64,000 nt of DNA from contig CAWFXA010000001.1 in NCBI GenBank assembly GCA_963819655.1, forward strand, positions 588,481 through 652,480, in the 5' to 3' direction. How positions within the stretch are numbered: the first letter of the stretch is position 1; the number at the start of each line of letters is the position of its first letter. The translations under genes and the position numbers were made by a program. Positions 38,335 to 49,565 of this stretch are shown piece by piece. Below the pieces are notes generated by a model. The model was not told the DNA's origin and ran no database searches. It worked only from the letters and a program-made list of their open reading frames with translations. This stretch comes from an uncultured Chloroflexia bacterium (GTDB lineage Bacteria; Chloroflexota; Limnocylindria; Limnocylindrales; CSP1-4).

Positions 38335-38492
38335 GGTCCCACGACCCAGCGCACCACGAGTCCCCTCGCGCGTGACGCCACGTGCGTCCCGCACGGTCGG
38401 GCGCACGAGACGCCGACGCGCCGCGGTATCATGGCCGCCGTCCGGCCCGGGCGGGTCAGACGTGCCCGTCTCCCCCTGCACCGAGGAGCTGC

Positions 38493-39659
38493 ATGGCGAG
38501 TTCCCCCAGGACCGGCCGCTCATCCGTCGCGATCGCCGCCCTCCTGGTCGGAGCGCTGTTGATCGTCGGTGTCGTCGCGGTCGTCATCAACCAGGGGTTC
38601 GATCCGCTCAAGACCGGGCAGGGCATCCTCTCGAGCTTCTTCCCGCCGCGCGCCATCACGGATCGCGGCGAGAGCATCCGCAACCTGTACGACATCATCT
38701 TTGGGATCGCGGCGGTCATCTTCTTCGTCGTCGAAGGGCTGATCGTCTGGACGGTGATCCGCTACCGGCGCAAGCCCGGCGACAACGAGCTCCCGGCCCA
38801 GACCCATGGCAACGCGATCGCCGAGGTCGTGTGGACCGTCGTCCCGACCCTCATCGTCGCCTTCATGTTCGTCATCTCCTGGCAGACGCTGAACACGGTC
38901 GAGGCGGTCTCCCCGCAGCCGCAGCTGAAGGTGCGCGCGTTCGCCGCACAGTTCCTGTGGACCTTCGACTACCTGCCCGCCGACTACCAGGCGGGCCAGG
39001 AGACCACGCCGCTCTACAGCGTCACGACGCCGGAGGGCGAAACCCCGGAGGAAGGTGGTTTCGTGCTGCCGACGGATCGGACCGTCCACCTCTATCTCCA
39101 AAGCCCCGACGTCATCCACGCCTTCTACGTCCCACAGTTCCTGTTCAAGCGCGACGTCGTCCCTGGGCGCGTCAACAGCTTCGAGTTCACGCTCAATGAG
39201 TCGGATGCGGGCGGCACGTTCCACGGGCAATGCGCCGAGCTATGCGGGGTCAGCCACAACGCGATGCACTTCGACGTCCACGCGCTGACCGGCGCCGACT
39301 TCGACGCCTGGTTGGAGGCGAAGATCGCCGAAGCGAACGCCAGCCCACCGCCGCCCCCGTCGGGACAGCCGGCCGGACCGACCCTCCAGATCGCCGCCCA
39401 GAACGTCGCGTTCGATACCGCCGCACTGACCGCGCCGGCCGACACGCCGTTCAAGATCGACTTCGACAATCGCGATCCCTCGATCCTCCATAACGTCGCG
39501 ATCCACGAGGGCTCTCCGACCGGGCCCGAGACCTTCAAGGGTGAGGTCTTCCCGGGTCCTGCCAAGAAGACGTATGACGTGCCCGCGCTGCCGGCCGGGA
39601 CGTATGGCTTCATCTGCTCGGTCCATCCCACGATGGCCGGCACTCTGACGGTCGAGTAG
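38493..39659 (+). CDS. ctaC: Heme-copper oxidase subunit II with C-terminal cupredoxin domain
   Basis: HGN..EVVWT, DVIHAF, CAELCGVSHNAM CuA site; extra HN..CSVHPTM type-1 Cu domain; no CxxCH. Confidence 0.92.
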   Translation: MASSPRTGRSSVAIAALLVGALLIVGVVAVVINQGFDPLKTGQGILSSFFPPRAITDRGESIRNLYDIIFGIAAVIFFVVEGLIVWTVIRYRRKPGDNELPAQTHGNAIAEVVWTVVPTLIVAFMFVISWQTLNTVEAVSPQPQLKVRAFAAQFLWTFDYLPADYQAGQETTPLYSVTTPEGETPEEGGFVLPTDRTVHLYLQSPDVIHAFYVPQFLFKRDVVPGRVNSFEFTLNESDAGGTFHGQCAELCGVSHNAMHFDVHALTGADFDAWLEAKIAEANASPPPPPSGQPAGPTLQIAAQNVAFDTAALTAPADTPFKIDFDNRDPSILHNVAIHEGSPTGPETFKGEVFPGPAKKTYDVPALPAGTYGFICSVHPTMAGTLTVE

Positions 39660-39669
39660 GAGCACGCCC

Positions 39670-41331
<1,662 letters not shown>

Positions 41332-41335
41332 CGCC

Positions 41336-41989
41336 ATGGCCATCGACGACCACGCCCTGACGACGACCGAGCACAGCCCGGTCGCCGGGCTGGCACACGA
41401 CCAGCGGGGCGGCATCAGCAACGTCGTCCTCGGGATGCTGCTGTTCATCACGTCGGAGGTGATGTTCTTCGCCGGGCTCTTTGCGGCCTACTTCAACGTC
41501 CGGGCGAACGCGCCTGCGTGGCCGCCTGTGAACGTCGAGACCGGCGAGCCGTTCCACCTCGAGATCCTGCCACTGGTGGGTCCGGCCACCGTGCTGCTGA
41601 TCTTGTCGTCGTTCACCTGCCAGTTCGCCGTGTGGGCCATCCGGCGCGGCGACCGGACGGCGTTCATCCGCAACATCGCGGTCACGTTCCTCATTGGAGT
41701 CGTGTTCCTGCTCATGCAGGCGACCGACTACGTCGCGCTCGGCAATGAGGGCATCACGCTGGCGTCGGGAACGTTCGGCACGACCTACTTCACGCTCACC
41801 GGGTTCCACGGGGCGCACGTGTTCGGCGGCGCGATCATGCTCGCGGTCATCCTGTATCGCGGATTGGCCGGGCAGTTCTCGGCGCGCCATCACGATGCCG
41901 TCGAGGCCGTGTCGTTGTACTGGCACTTCGTCGACGTCGTGTGGATCCTGCTGTTCTCGCTGCTGTACCTGCTGCCGGGCAAGGCGTAG
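41336..41989 (+). CDS. ctaE: Heme-copper oxidase subunit III
   Basis: LFITSEVMFF, TGFHGAHV, YWHFVDVVW. Confidence 0.95.
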   Translation: MAIDDHALTTTEHSPVAGLAHDQRGGISNVVLGMLLFITSEVMFFAGLFAAYFNVRANAPAWPPVNVETGEPFHLEILPLVGPATVLLILSSFTCQFAVWAIRRGDRTAFIRNIAVTFLIGVVFLLMQATDYVALGNEGITLASGTFGTTYFTLTGFHGAHVFGGAIMLAVILYRGLAGQFSARHHDAVEAVSLYWHFVDVVWILLFSLLYLLPGKA

Positions 41990-41994
41990 CCGCC

Positions 41995-42189
41995 ATGCAC
42001 CCTCTTCGTCATCCGCGCAACGCGATCGTGGTGGGACTGCTGTTCTCGGCGACCGGTGCGACGTACTGGGCCGTCCAGTCGATCGCCGGCTGGCCTGTCG
42101 ACTACGCCGGCGTCACGATGCTGATCCTGCTCGGCGTGGCCGTGAGCATCCTCGCGTACGTGCTGATCGCCGGTTCCCCGAACGACTGA
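41995..42189 (+). CDS. Small two-TM protein resembling N-terminal half of actinobacterial subunit IV (CtaF)
   Basis: 64 aa, ..TYW..DYAGVTMLILLG; position within the oxidase operon. Confidence 0.65.
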   Translation: MHPLRHPRNAIVVGLLFSATGATYWAVQSIAGWPVDYAGVTMLILLGVAVSILAYVLIAGSPND

Positions 42190-42198
42190 CCTGAACCC

Positions 42199-43317
42199 AT
42201 GTTCGAGGACTTCTGGAACGGGATCCTGGAACTGACGGCCAAGTTCGTCATCCCGGACTGGGGCTCGTTCATCGCGATCCTGCCGGTCTTCATCTTCGCG
42301 GCGTCGGTCGTCGTCATCGTCGCGACGCTGTGGAAGCTCCTCCGGGCGCCCAAACCTCGTCGTGGCAAGCTTCGGATCGAGCCCCTCCCGCCGCCCGGTG
42401 TCCACATGCCGGGTCCGTCGTGGGCGCCGGTCTTCGCCGCGATCGGCGCGTTCATGCTGTTCCTCGGTCTCGTCTTCGGCGGAGCCGTGCTCATCCTCGG
42501 GGCGATCGGCTTCGCGCTGACGCTGCTCTACTGGCTGGCCGAGTCTCTCCGGCTCTACGACCGCGACCTGGGCGCGACGGCTCCCCCTTTGCCAGCGGTC
42601 GTCCACGACGGGCCGCCAGCGGGTGTGCACATGCCGGGCCCGTCGTTCCTGCCGTTCCTGGCCGCGATCGGGATGGCGATGCTCCTGCTGGGCCTCGTCT
42701 TCGGAGAGTGGCTCCTGGCAGTCGGTGTCATCGCGTTCATCCTGTCGCTGCTCGGCTGGATGTCGGCCGCACGCCAGGAGTTCGTCAAGACCGAAGAGGC
42801 CGACACGACCGGCCACCTGGAGACGATGCCGGATCCGCCCACCCCGAAGTTGCTGCTGACCTCTCTCGGGCTGCTGTTCGTTGCCGGCTTCGTGATCCAG
42901 GTCGGCTGGATCCCGCCGCGCGCCAGCGGGGGCGAAGCGGCGGGGCCATCGGGGGCCCCGGCCGAGCCGGGCGGGTCGGGGGACCCCGGGGCCTCGCCGG
43001 GGGAGCCCGGCGCATCACCGGGATCCGGCGGCGGGCCTCCCGGCGAGCCCGTCATCCACGCGAAGGACGTCGCCTTCGTCGAGACGACCATCAGCGCGCC
43101 GGCCGACGTCCCGTTCCAGCTCGAGTTCGTGAACAACGATGCCGGCATCCAGCACAACGTCGAGTTCAAGGACGGTAGCGGTGCGAGCGTCTTCAAGGGC
43201 GAGATCTTTGCCGGGGTCGCGACCAAGGTCTATGACGTCCCGGCACTCGGCGCGGGCACGTACGGCTACATCTGCTCGGTCCACCCGAACATGACCGGGT
43301 CCGCGACGATCCAGTAG
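42199..43317 (+). CDS. Oxidase subunit IV-like repeat membrane protein fused to cupredoxin domain
   Basis: Two GVHMPGPS(W/F)xP-TM-TM repeats, Gly/Pro linker, HNV..CSVHPNM type-1 Cu site. Confidence 0.8.
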   Translation: MFEDFWNGILELTAKFVIPDWGSFIAILPVFIFAASVVVIVATLWKLLRAPKPRRGKLRIEPLPPPGVHMPGPSWAPVFAAIGAFMLFLGLVFGGAVLILGAIGFALTLLYWLAESLRLYDRDLGATAPPLPAVVHDGPPAGVHMPGPSFLPFLAAIGMAMLLLGLVFGEWLLAVGVIAFILSLLGWMSAARQEFVKTEEADTTGHLETMPDPPTPKLLLTSLGLLFVAGFVIQVGWIPPRASGGEAAGPSGAPAEPGGSGDPGASPGEPGASPGSGGGPPGEPVIHAKDVAFVETTISAPADVPFQLEFVNNDAGIQHNVEFKDGSGASVFKGEIFAGVATKVYDVPALGAGTYGYICSVHPNMTGSATIQ

Positions 43318-43338
43318 GGTCGTCGCCGAAGGGACTCC

Positions 43339-43857
43339 GTCACGCCGCGTCGACCGATCCTCGTCGCCCTAGCCATCGCCACGCTCACCACGGTCGGGGT
43401 CTGGTGGTATGTCAACACCGACTACGCCGACCCGCGGGCCGGGATCGGCGTCCTGGCGCCACCGATCGTGGGGACGACGCTCGACGGCACGGCCTTCGAC
43501 CTCGCGAGCTATCGGGGACGACCCGTGATCGTCAACTTCTGGGGTCCGTCGTGCATCCCGTGTCGGGACGAGTTCCCGCAGTTCCTCCACGAGCTCGACG
43601 AGCACACGGCCGATGGTCTGGCGATCGTCGGCGTCCTGACCGACGACCCACCGGAGCCCGCCCGCCAGTTCGTGGCGGAGTACGGCGCGTCGTGGCCGAC
43701 CGTCATCGACCCGGGTGAGTCGATCAAGCGCGCCTATCGCGTCGTGGCCCGCCCGCATACGTGGTTCGTCGACCGAGCTGGGGTCCTCCGCTCGATGCAG
43801 ATCGGCGGCCCGATGACCGACGCCGAGTTCGAGCGTCATTTCGCGCGAATCCGGTGA
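43339..43857 (+). CDS. TlpA/ResA family thiol-disulfide oxidoreductase
   Basis: VNFWGPSCIPCRDEFP; N-terminal TM anchor lies upstream of first canonical start (43468); start uncertain. Confidence 0.8.
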   Translation, partial: VTPRRPILVALAIATLTTVGVWWYVNTDYADPRAGIGVLAPPIVGTTLDGTAFDLASYRGRPVIVNFWGPSCIPCRDEFPQFLHELDEHTADGLAIVGVLTDDPPEPARQFVAEYGASWPTVIDPGESIKRAYRVVARPHTWFVDRAGVLRSMQIGGPMTDAEFERHFARIR

Positions 43858-43869
43858 GGGCGACACGGC

Positions 43870-44817
43870 ATGGCTGAGCCGGCCGTCGCGATCGATGGGC
43901 TGACCAAGCGATATGGCGGCCGGACGGTCGTCGCCGATGTATCGCTGGAGGTGCGGCCCGGCGAGATCGTCGTGCTGCTGGGACCGAACGGGGCCGGCAA
44001 GACCACCACCGTCGAGATCGCGGAAGGGTATCGGCGTGCCGATGAGGGCACCGTCCGTGTCCTCGGCGTCGACCCGTGGGGCGCAGGACCGGCCCACCGG
44101 GCGCGCGTCGGTCTGATGCTCCAGGGCGGTGGTCTCGATCCGCGGGCACGGCCCGCCGAGACCCTGCGTCAGTACGCCGCGTTCCACCGGGAGATATCGG
44201 ATCCGGACGAACTTCTCGACGAGTTCGGACTGCGGGACGTGGCGGCCACCCCGTTCCGCCGCCTGTCGGGTGGGGAGCGCCAGCGACTCGGGTTCGCCCT
44301 GGCGCTCGTCGGCCGGCCCGATGTGCTGGTCCTCGACGAACCGACCGCCGGGCTGGACCCCCAGGTGCGGGCCGTCGTGCGGGCACGGATCGAGGCAGAA
44401 CGCACGCGCGGGACGGCGGTCCTCGTGACGACCCACGAGCTCGGTGACGCCGAGCGCATCGCCGACCGGATCGCGATCCTCGTCGGGGGCCGGATCGTGG
44501 CGGCCGGGAGCGCGGCGGAGCTCGCCGATCGCCTGCCCGTCCGACTGCGGTTCGGTCTGGCGGCCCCGCTCGACCCCGGCGCGGTCCGGTCGCTCAGCGC
44601 GGCTCTTGGGGCGACCGTCCACCCGATCGGCGGGGCCAGCGGCTACGTCGTCGAGGACGTCCCACCGAGCCCCGCCCTGATGGTGGCGCTTGCCACGTGG
44701 TGTGCGTCGGAGAGTCGGCTCATCACCGACGCGCGGGCGGCAGGCGGGACGCTCGAGGAGGCGTACCTGGCACTCGTTGGCACGGCGACGGCGGGTGGGG
44801 ACGAGGCGGCGGCATGA
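43870..44817 (+). CDS. ABC-2 type exporter ATP-binding protein
   Basis: GPNGAGKTT, LSGGERQR, LDEPTAGLDP. Confidence 0.92.
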   Translation: MAEPAVAIDGLTKRYGGRTVVADVSLEVRPGEIVVLLGPNGAGKTTTVEIAEGYRRADEGTVRVLGVDPWGAGPAHRARVGLMLQGGGLDPRARPAETLRQYAAFHREISDPDELLDEFGLRDVAATPFRRLSGGERQRLGFALALVGRPDVLVLDEPTAGLDPQVRAVVRARIEAERTRGTAVLVTTHELGDAERIADRIAILVGGRIVAAGSAAELADRLPVRLRFGLAAPLDPGAVRSLSAALGATVHPIGGASGYVVEDVPPSPALMVALATWCASESRLITDARAAGGTLEEAYLALVGTATAGGDEAAA

Positions 44818-45566
44818 GTCAACCCGCGAGCTTCGGCCAAGCCGTCCGCGCCCAGGCGACGATGGAAGCGCGGCTGACGGCGCGTCGCGGCGAGAACCTG
44901 CTGGCGATGGTCGGGCTCCCCGTGGCGGCCCTGGTCTTCTTCGGGCTCGTCGCGACCCCGGCTGGGCGGGACCCGACAGTCCTGCTGCCGGCCGTGCTTG
45001 CACTCGCGATCGTCGCGAGCGGACTGGTGAACCTCGGGATCGCGACCGCCTATGAGCGCGGCTATGGCGTGCTCAAGCGGCTCGGCGGATCGCCGCTCGG
45101 CCGCAGGGGTCTGCTGGTCGCGAAGCTGGCGGTGGTCGCCTCCATCGCCGTGGCGCAGGTCGTGGCTCTTCTCGCCCTGGCGTGGATCGTGCTCGGCTGG
45201 CGGCCAGGTCCGGAGGCCTCTGTCATCGGCCTGGTCGTGGCCGTCGGCGTGACGACGCTCGTCGGGGCAGCGGCGTTCGCCTCTCTCGGCCTGCTGATCG
45301 CAGGCACGGTTCGACCCGAGGGCGCGCTCGTGCTCGCGAACGCGCTGTTCCTTGTCGCCCTCATGGTCGGCGGCGTGCTGGTCCCGGTCCAGGACCTGCC
45401 GGGGCCGCTGGCGTCGATCGCCGGTCTGCTGCCCGTCGGTGCTCTCGCCGAAGCGTTCCGCGCATCACTCGGGTTTGGTGGGAGCCTCGCGATCAACCTC
45501 GGGATCGTCGCCGCGTGGGGCGTGGCGGCCCTTGTCGGCGCCGCACGGACCTTCCGCTGGGAGTGA
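44814..45566 (+). CDS. ABC-2 type exporter permease
   Basis: RRGENLL, YERGYGVLKRLGGSP, C-terminal FRWE; ATGA overlap. Confidence 0.88.
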   Translation: MSQPASFGQAVRAQATMEARLTARRGENLLAMVGLPVAALVFFGLVATPAGRDPTVLLPAVLALAIVASGLVNLGIATAYERGYGVLKRLGGSPLGRRGLLVAKLAVVASIAVAQVVALLALAWIVLGWRPGPEASVIGLVVAVGVTTLVGAAAFASLGLLIAGTVRPEGALVLANALFLVALMVGGVLVPVQDLPGPLASIAGLLPVGALAEAFRASLGFGGSLAINLGIVAAWGVAALVGAARTFRWE

Positions 45567-45606
45567 TCCTGCATATGACCGGCGTCGATCGGGTCGCCGA
45601 GCAACT

Positions 45607-45631
45607 GAACCTTTCTCCGGACGCAGACGCC
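45607..45631 (+). promoter_or_regulatory. Putative ECF promoter GAAC-N15-GACGCC
   Basis: Same elements and spacing upstream of second sigma (47575-47599). Confidence 0.6.
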
Positions 45632-45680
45632 ATACCCTGTCGAGCACGACCGCCGTGGCCGTGTCGTATCAGAGGCGACC

Positions 45681-46244
45681 GTGGACCAGCGAGGACTCGT
45701 CGAACGAGCGAGGCGGGGCGAGCATGACGCCTTCACTTCGCTCATCGACGTCCACCTCGCGCGGCTGGACGCGGCCGCCCGCCTGATCCTCCGGGACTCG
45801 GAGCTCGCGCGCGACGCGGTCCAGGAGACGCTCATCCGAGCCTGGCGCGATCTACCGGGTCTCCGCGACCCCGACCGCTTCGACGCCTGGCTCCATCGAC
45901 TCCTCGTCAACGCGTGTCTCGACCTCGTCCGACGTCGCAAGCGCCGGGTCATCGAGGTCGAGCTCACCCCGATCGATGCTCCGTCCACCCGTGACTTCGC
46001 GGGTGGTCTCGCCGACCGTGAGCTCCTGGATCAGGCCCTTGCGGACCTGCCACCGGGGCATCGCGCGGTCGTCGCCCTGCATTACCTGCTCGGGATGCCG
46101 CTGTCAGAGGTGGCGGCCGTCCTGCGCATCCCGCTCGGGACCGCCAAGTCACGGCTGCATTACGCGCTCGCCGCGATGCGGATGACCGTGGCCGCCGAGC
46201 CCGAGCACGTCCCGGCCGCCGTCGCAGGAGGGCACCTGGCATGA
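45681..46244 (+). CDS. ECF RNA polymerase sigma factor
   Basis: ARDAVQE, FDAWLHRLLVNACLD, EVAAVLRIPLGTAKSRLH. Confidence 0.93.
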   Translation: MDQRGLVERARRGEHDAFTSLIDVHLARLDAAARLILRDSELARDAVQETLIRAWRDLPGLRDPDRFDAWLHRLLVNACLDLVRRRKRRVIEVELTPIDAPSTRDFAGGLADRELLDQALADLPPGHRAVVALHYLLGMPLSEVAAVLRIPLGTAKSRLHYALAAMRMTVAAEPEHVPAAVAGGHLA

Positions 46245-47551
46245 CCTCGCCGCGACGCTTCGAGCAGGACCTGCCGGCGCTCCTCGCCGACATGTACGTC
46301 GCCGGGACTCCCGACTACCGAGATGACCTCGTCCAGCAGGTCGCCCGCGTGCGGCAGCGGCCTGCCTGGACGTTCCCCGAAAGGTGGCTCCCGATGGACC
46401 TCGCGACCAAGGCAATGCCTAGCTCGCCGCGCATCCCATGGCGGATCGTCGGCGTGCTGGCACTCCTGGCGATCCTGATCACCGCGATGCTGGCGGTGTA
46501 CATCGGCTCACAGCGGCGGCTTCCGGAGCCGTTCGGTCGGGCCGCGAACGGGTCGATCGTCTTCGTCGCAGACGGCGACATCTATACCGCCGACCCAGTG
46601 ACCGGCAAGACGACCGCGATCGTCGTCGGCCCGGAGACCGACGGTCCACCCGTTTACTCACTCGACGGCACCCGCGTCGTCTTCGAGCGCAAGGTCGAAG
46701 GCGATGGCGGCGTCCGGCCCGGAATGCTGTTCTTGGTCAGGGACGATGGACGCGGGCTCGTCCAGGTCACGCCCGAGCCGCTCGCCGGCCTCGGCTCTTG
46801 GAGCTTCTCGCCCGACGGCCGTTCGATCGTCGCGTTGGTCGTTCGCCAAGCGGGACCCGCGATCATGGTCGTGGCGAGCGACGGCAGCGGCGAGCGGGCC
46901 TACTTCGATGTCGGCGCGACGCTGGACGATGGCCCTCCGCAGTATCGGCCGGATGGAACCGAGATCATGTTCATCGGACGACAGCCCGGGGCGGCGTATC
47001 GCGACCTCTATGCGCTCGACGTCGCGAGCGGCAACGTCCGCACCATCATTAGCGGGTCGGTGAGCGCAGACATCCACATGGCCTCCTGGTCGCCGGACGG
47101 CACACGTATCGCATACGCCGACTACGATCAGAACGCACCAACGTTCTCGACCCGGACGCACATCGTGGCAGCCGACGGTACCGGCGACATCGCCGTCGAC
47201 ACGCATCCAGACAGCATCGCCGACAATGGGAGCACCTGGTCGAACGACGGAACGCGGCTGATCATCGGCCGGTTCTTTGCGGGTGGCCCGGACGGATACT
47301 GGCGTTCGGCTGTCGTTCCGGTCGATCGGAGCAGCGTCGGAGTCGAGCTCGGATGTCCGCCCGGCGCTCTCCCGGCCGACTGCACGGCCGACTGGATCTG
47401 GTCACCCGACGACACCGTCCTCCTCGGGGCGGCGTCCGACGCGAGCGACCGGCCGATACCGCAATTCCTCGCCGACCCGCTGACCGGTGAGATCCGGCCG
47501 GCTCCGTGGACGGCCACCGGGGATCCCGCCTGGCAGCGCGTCGCGCCATGA
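46241..47551 (+). CDS. Putative anti-sigma: cytoplasmic N-terminus, one TM, TolB/PD40 beta-propeller
   Basis: RQRPAW..ERWLPM, TM helix, (W/F)SPDG repeats; ATGA overlap with sigma. Confidence 0.75.
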   Translation: MTSPRRFEQDLPALLADMYVAGTPDYRDDLVQQVARVRQRPAWTFPERWLPMDLATKAMPSSPRIPWRIVGVLALLAILITAMLAVYIGSQRRLPEPFGRAANGSIVFVADGDIYTADPVTGKTTAIVVGPETDGPPVYSLDGTRVVFERKVEGDGGVRPGMLFLVRDDGRGLVQVTPEPLAGLGSWSFSPDGRSIVALVVRQAGPAIMVVASDGSGERAYFDVGATLDDGPPQYRPDGTEIMFIGRQPGAAYRDLYALDVASGNVRTIISGSVSADIHMASWSPDGTRIAYADYDQNAPTFSTRTHIVAADGTGDIAVDTHPDSIADNGSTWSNDGTRLIIGRFFAGGPDGYWRSAVVPVDRSSVGVELGCPPGALPADCTADWIWSPDDTVLLGAASDASDRPIPQFLADPLTGEIRPAPWTATGDPAWQRVAP

Positions 47552-47574
47552 CCCGCTGATCCGCCGATAGCCGG

Positions 47575-47599
47575 GAACGATTCCGGCATCGACGACGCC
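47575..47599 (+). promoter_or_regulatory. Putative ECF promoter GAAC-N15-GACGCC
   Basis: Matches 45607-45631. Confidence 0.6.
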
Positions 47600-47650
47600 C
47601 TAGGATGTCGAGCACGGCCACCTCGGTCGTGCCGACACCCTGAGGCGACC

Positions 47651-48214
47651 GTGGACCAGCGAGGTCTCGTCGAGCGAGCGCAGCGAGGCGATCATGACGC
47701 CTTCGCGACGCTGGCCGACGCGGCCGTCGCGCGCCTGGACGCGGCGGCACGCCTGATCCTCCGTGACACCGACCTTGCGCGGGACGCCGTCCAGGAGGCT
47801 CTGGTCCGGAGCTGGCGGGACCTCCCCACGTTGCGCGACGTGGACCGGTTCGACGCCTGGCTCCATCGACTGCTCGTCAATGCCTGCCTCGACATGGTCC
47901 GGCGCCGCAACCGCCGGGCGACCGAGGTGGAGCTGACACCGCTCCACGTCCCCTCCACCGCCGATTTCAGCGGCGGTGTCGTGGATCGCGACCTGCTCGA
48001 CCGCGCGCTCCGGACTCTCGAGCCCGGCTGGCGTGCGGTCGTCGTCTTGCATTACTTCCTGGGGATGCCGCTGCCGGACGTCGCGTCCTGCATGGGCATC
48101 CCGCTGGGCACGGCGAAGTCCCGGCTCCACCGCGCGCTCGGCGTGCTCCGCACGACGGTGGCGAACGATGGCGCCGGGGATCCGATCGCGGTGCCGGAAG
48201 GGCGGTTCGCATGA
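47651..48214 (+). CDS. ECF RNA polymerase sigma factor (paralog of 45681..46244)
   Basis: Same length (187 aa) and motifs. Confidence 0.93.
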   Translation: MDQRGLVERAQRGDHDAFATLADAAVARLDAAARLILRDTDLARDAVQEALVRSWRDLPTLRDVDRFDAWLHRLLVNACLDMVRRRNRRATEVELTPLHVPSTADFSGGVVDRDLLDRALRTLEPGWRAVVVLHYFLGMPLPDVASCMGIPLGTAKSRLHRALGVLRTTVANDGAGDPIAVPEGRFA

Positions 48215-49506
48215 TGCCGATCGATCGATTCGAGCGTCAGCTGCCGATGGCCCTGACGGACCTGGCCGCTCCGCGAACGCCCGAATACCTCACAGACATC
48301 CTCGGGCGGACCGCCCGCACACGGCAGCGACCCGCCTGGGCATCCATCGAAAGGTGGCTCCCGATGGAACTTGTGACCGCGCGGGTCCCGACGACCCGGA
48401 TGCCCTGGCGTCGGATCGTCGTCTTCGCGCTGCTGGTCGTCCTGCTCGCCGCGATGGTCGCGGCCTATGTCGGCTCACGACCACGTCTGCCCGCGCCGTT
48501 CGGTCGGGCGGCCAACGGGCTGATCGCGTATGACGCCCAGGGCGACATCTACTCGCTGGATCCGATGACCGGCCAGACGGCGGCCCTCGTGAGGGGGCCC
48601 GCCTTCGATGCGCGGCCCATCTTCTCCAGGGATGGAACGCGCTTTGCGTTCGCCCGGATGGACGGGGGTCGCAACGCGCTGCTGTTCGTCGCGAATGCTG
48701 ACGGCACCAACATGATCCAGGTCACGCCAGACCCGCTCGATGAATTCGGCCCGTACCACGACGCGTGGAGCTTCTCGCCGGATGGGCGCACGATCCTGGC
48801 CACGGCTCTGGTCGAGAACGCCTTTTCACTGCTGCTCATCCCGACCGATGGGTCGGGCGCCATACGGACGATCGACGTCGGGATGAGTGTCGAGGCGCCA
48901 TCGTTCCGCCCGCCGAACGGATCCGAGATCCTGTTCGTCGGGCATCGAGCCGAGGATGGGGTGACCGGCCTATTCGCCGTCGACCCAACAACGTCGGTCG
49001 TTCGAACGATCGTCGAGCCGACGACCGGTGTCGGGGTCGGATCCTGGTCGCCGGATGGCTCGCGAATCCTGTACGAATCGATGGATGCCAAGGACGTCTG
49101 GCGCACACATGTCATTTCGGCGGACGGCACGGGCGACGTTCGTGTGTACCACCATCCGGATGCCCTGTCCGATGGCCAGGCGGTCTGGTCGAACGATGGG
49201 ACACGCCTGGTCATTACGGGAATCTTCGCTCCGGACGGCTCCGATCATCGCGCGGCAGTGGTCCCGGTCGACGGGAACGGACCCAGCGTCGCGATCCAGT
49301 GTCCGAACGTGCGAAGCGACGCCCTCGGCGACCTGTGCGCCCGTTGGGTCTGGGCGCCGGACGACGCGTCGATCTTCGGCGTGTACTTCGATTCGAAGGG
49401 TCGAGCCGCCCAGCGCCTGTCAGTAGATCCGATCACCGGAGAGACCGTGGCCGTGCCCTGGCCTGGCGATAACGGGCAGCCGGCCTGGCAACGACTGGCG
49501 CCATAA
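48211..49506 (+). CDS. Putative anti-sigma with TolB/PD40 beta-propeller (paralog of 46241..47551)
   Basis: RQRPAW..ERWLPM, PFGRAANG, WSNDGTRL, PAWQRLAP. Confidence 0.75.
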   Translation: MMPIDRFERQLPMALTDLAAPRTPEYLTDILGRTARTRQRPAWASIERWLPMELVTARVPTTRMPWRRIVVFALLVVLLAAMVAAYVGSRPRLPAPFGRAANGLIAYDAQGDIYSLDPMTGQTAALVRGPAFDARPIFSRDGTRFAFARMDGGRNALLFVANADGTNMIQVTPDPLDEFGPYHDAWSFSPDGRTILATALVENAFSLLLIPTDGSGAIRTIDVGMSVEAPSFRPPNGSEILFVGHRAEDGVTGLFAVDPTTSVVRTIVEPTTGVGVGSWSPDGSRILYESMDAKDVWRTHVISADGTGDVRVYHHPDALSDGQAVWSNDGTRLVITGIFAPDGSDHRAAVVPVDGNGPSVAIQCPNVRSDALGDLCARWVWAPDDASIFGVYFDSKGRAAQRLSVDPITGETVAVPWPGDNGQPAWQRLAP

Positions 49507-49522
49507 ACGCCCCGGAAAAGGT

Positions 49523-49554
49523 TGAACCCCGGGTTGGTCGGGACCCGGGGTTCA
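49523..49554 (-). terminator. Intrinsic terminator hairpin between convergent propeller gene and tRNA
   Basis: 12-bp perfect stem TGAACCCCGGGT/ACCCGGGGTTCA, followed by CCTTTT on the minus strand. Confidence 0.75.
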
Positions 49555-49565
49555 GGAAGAAAGCT

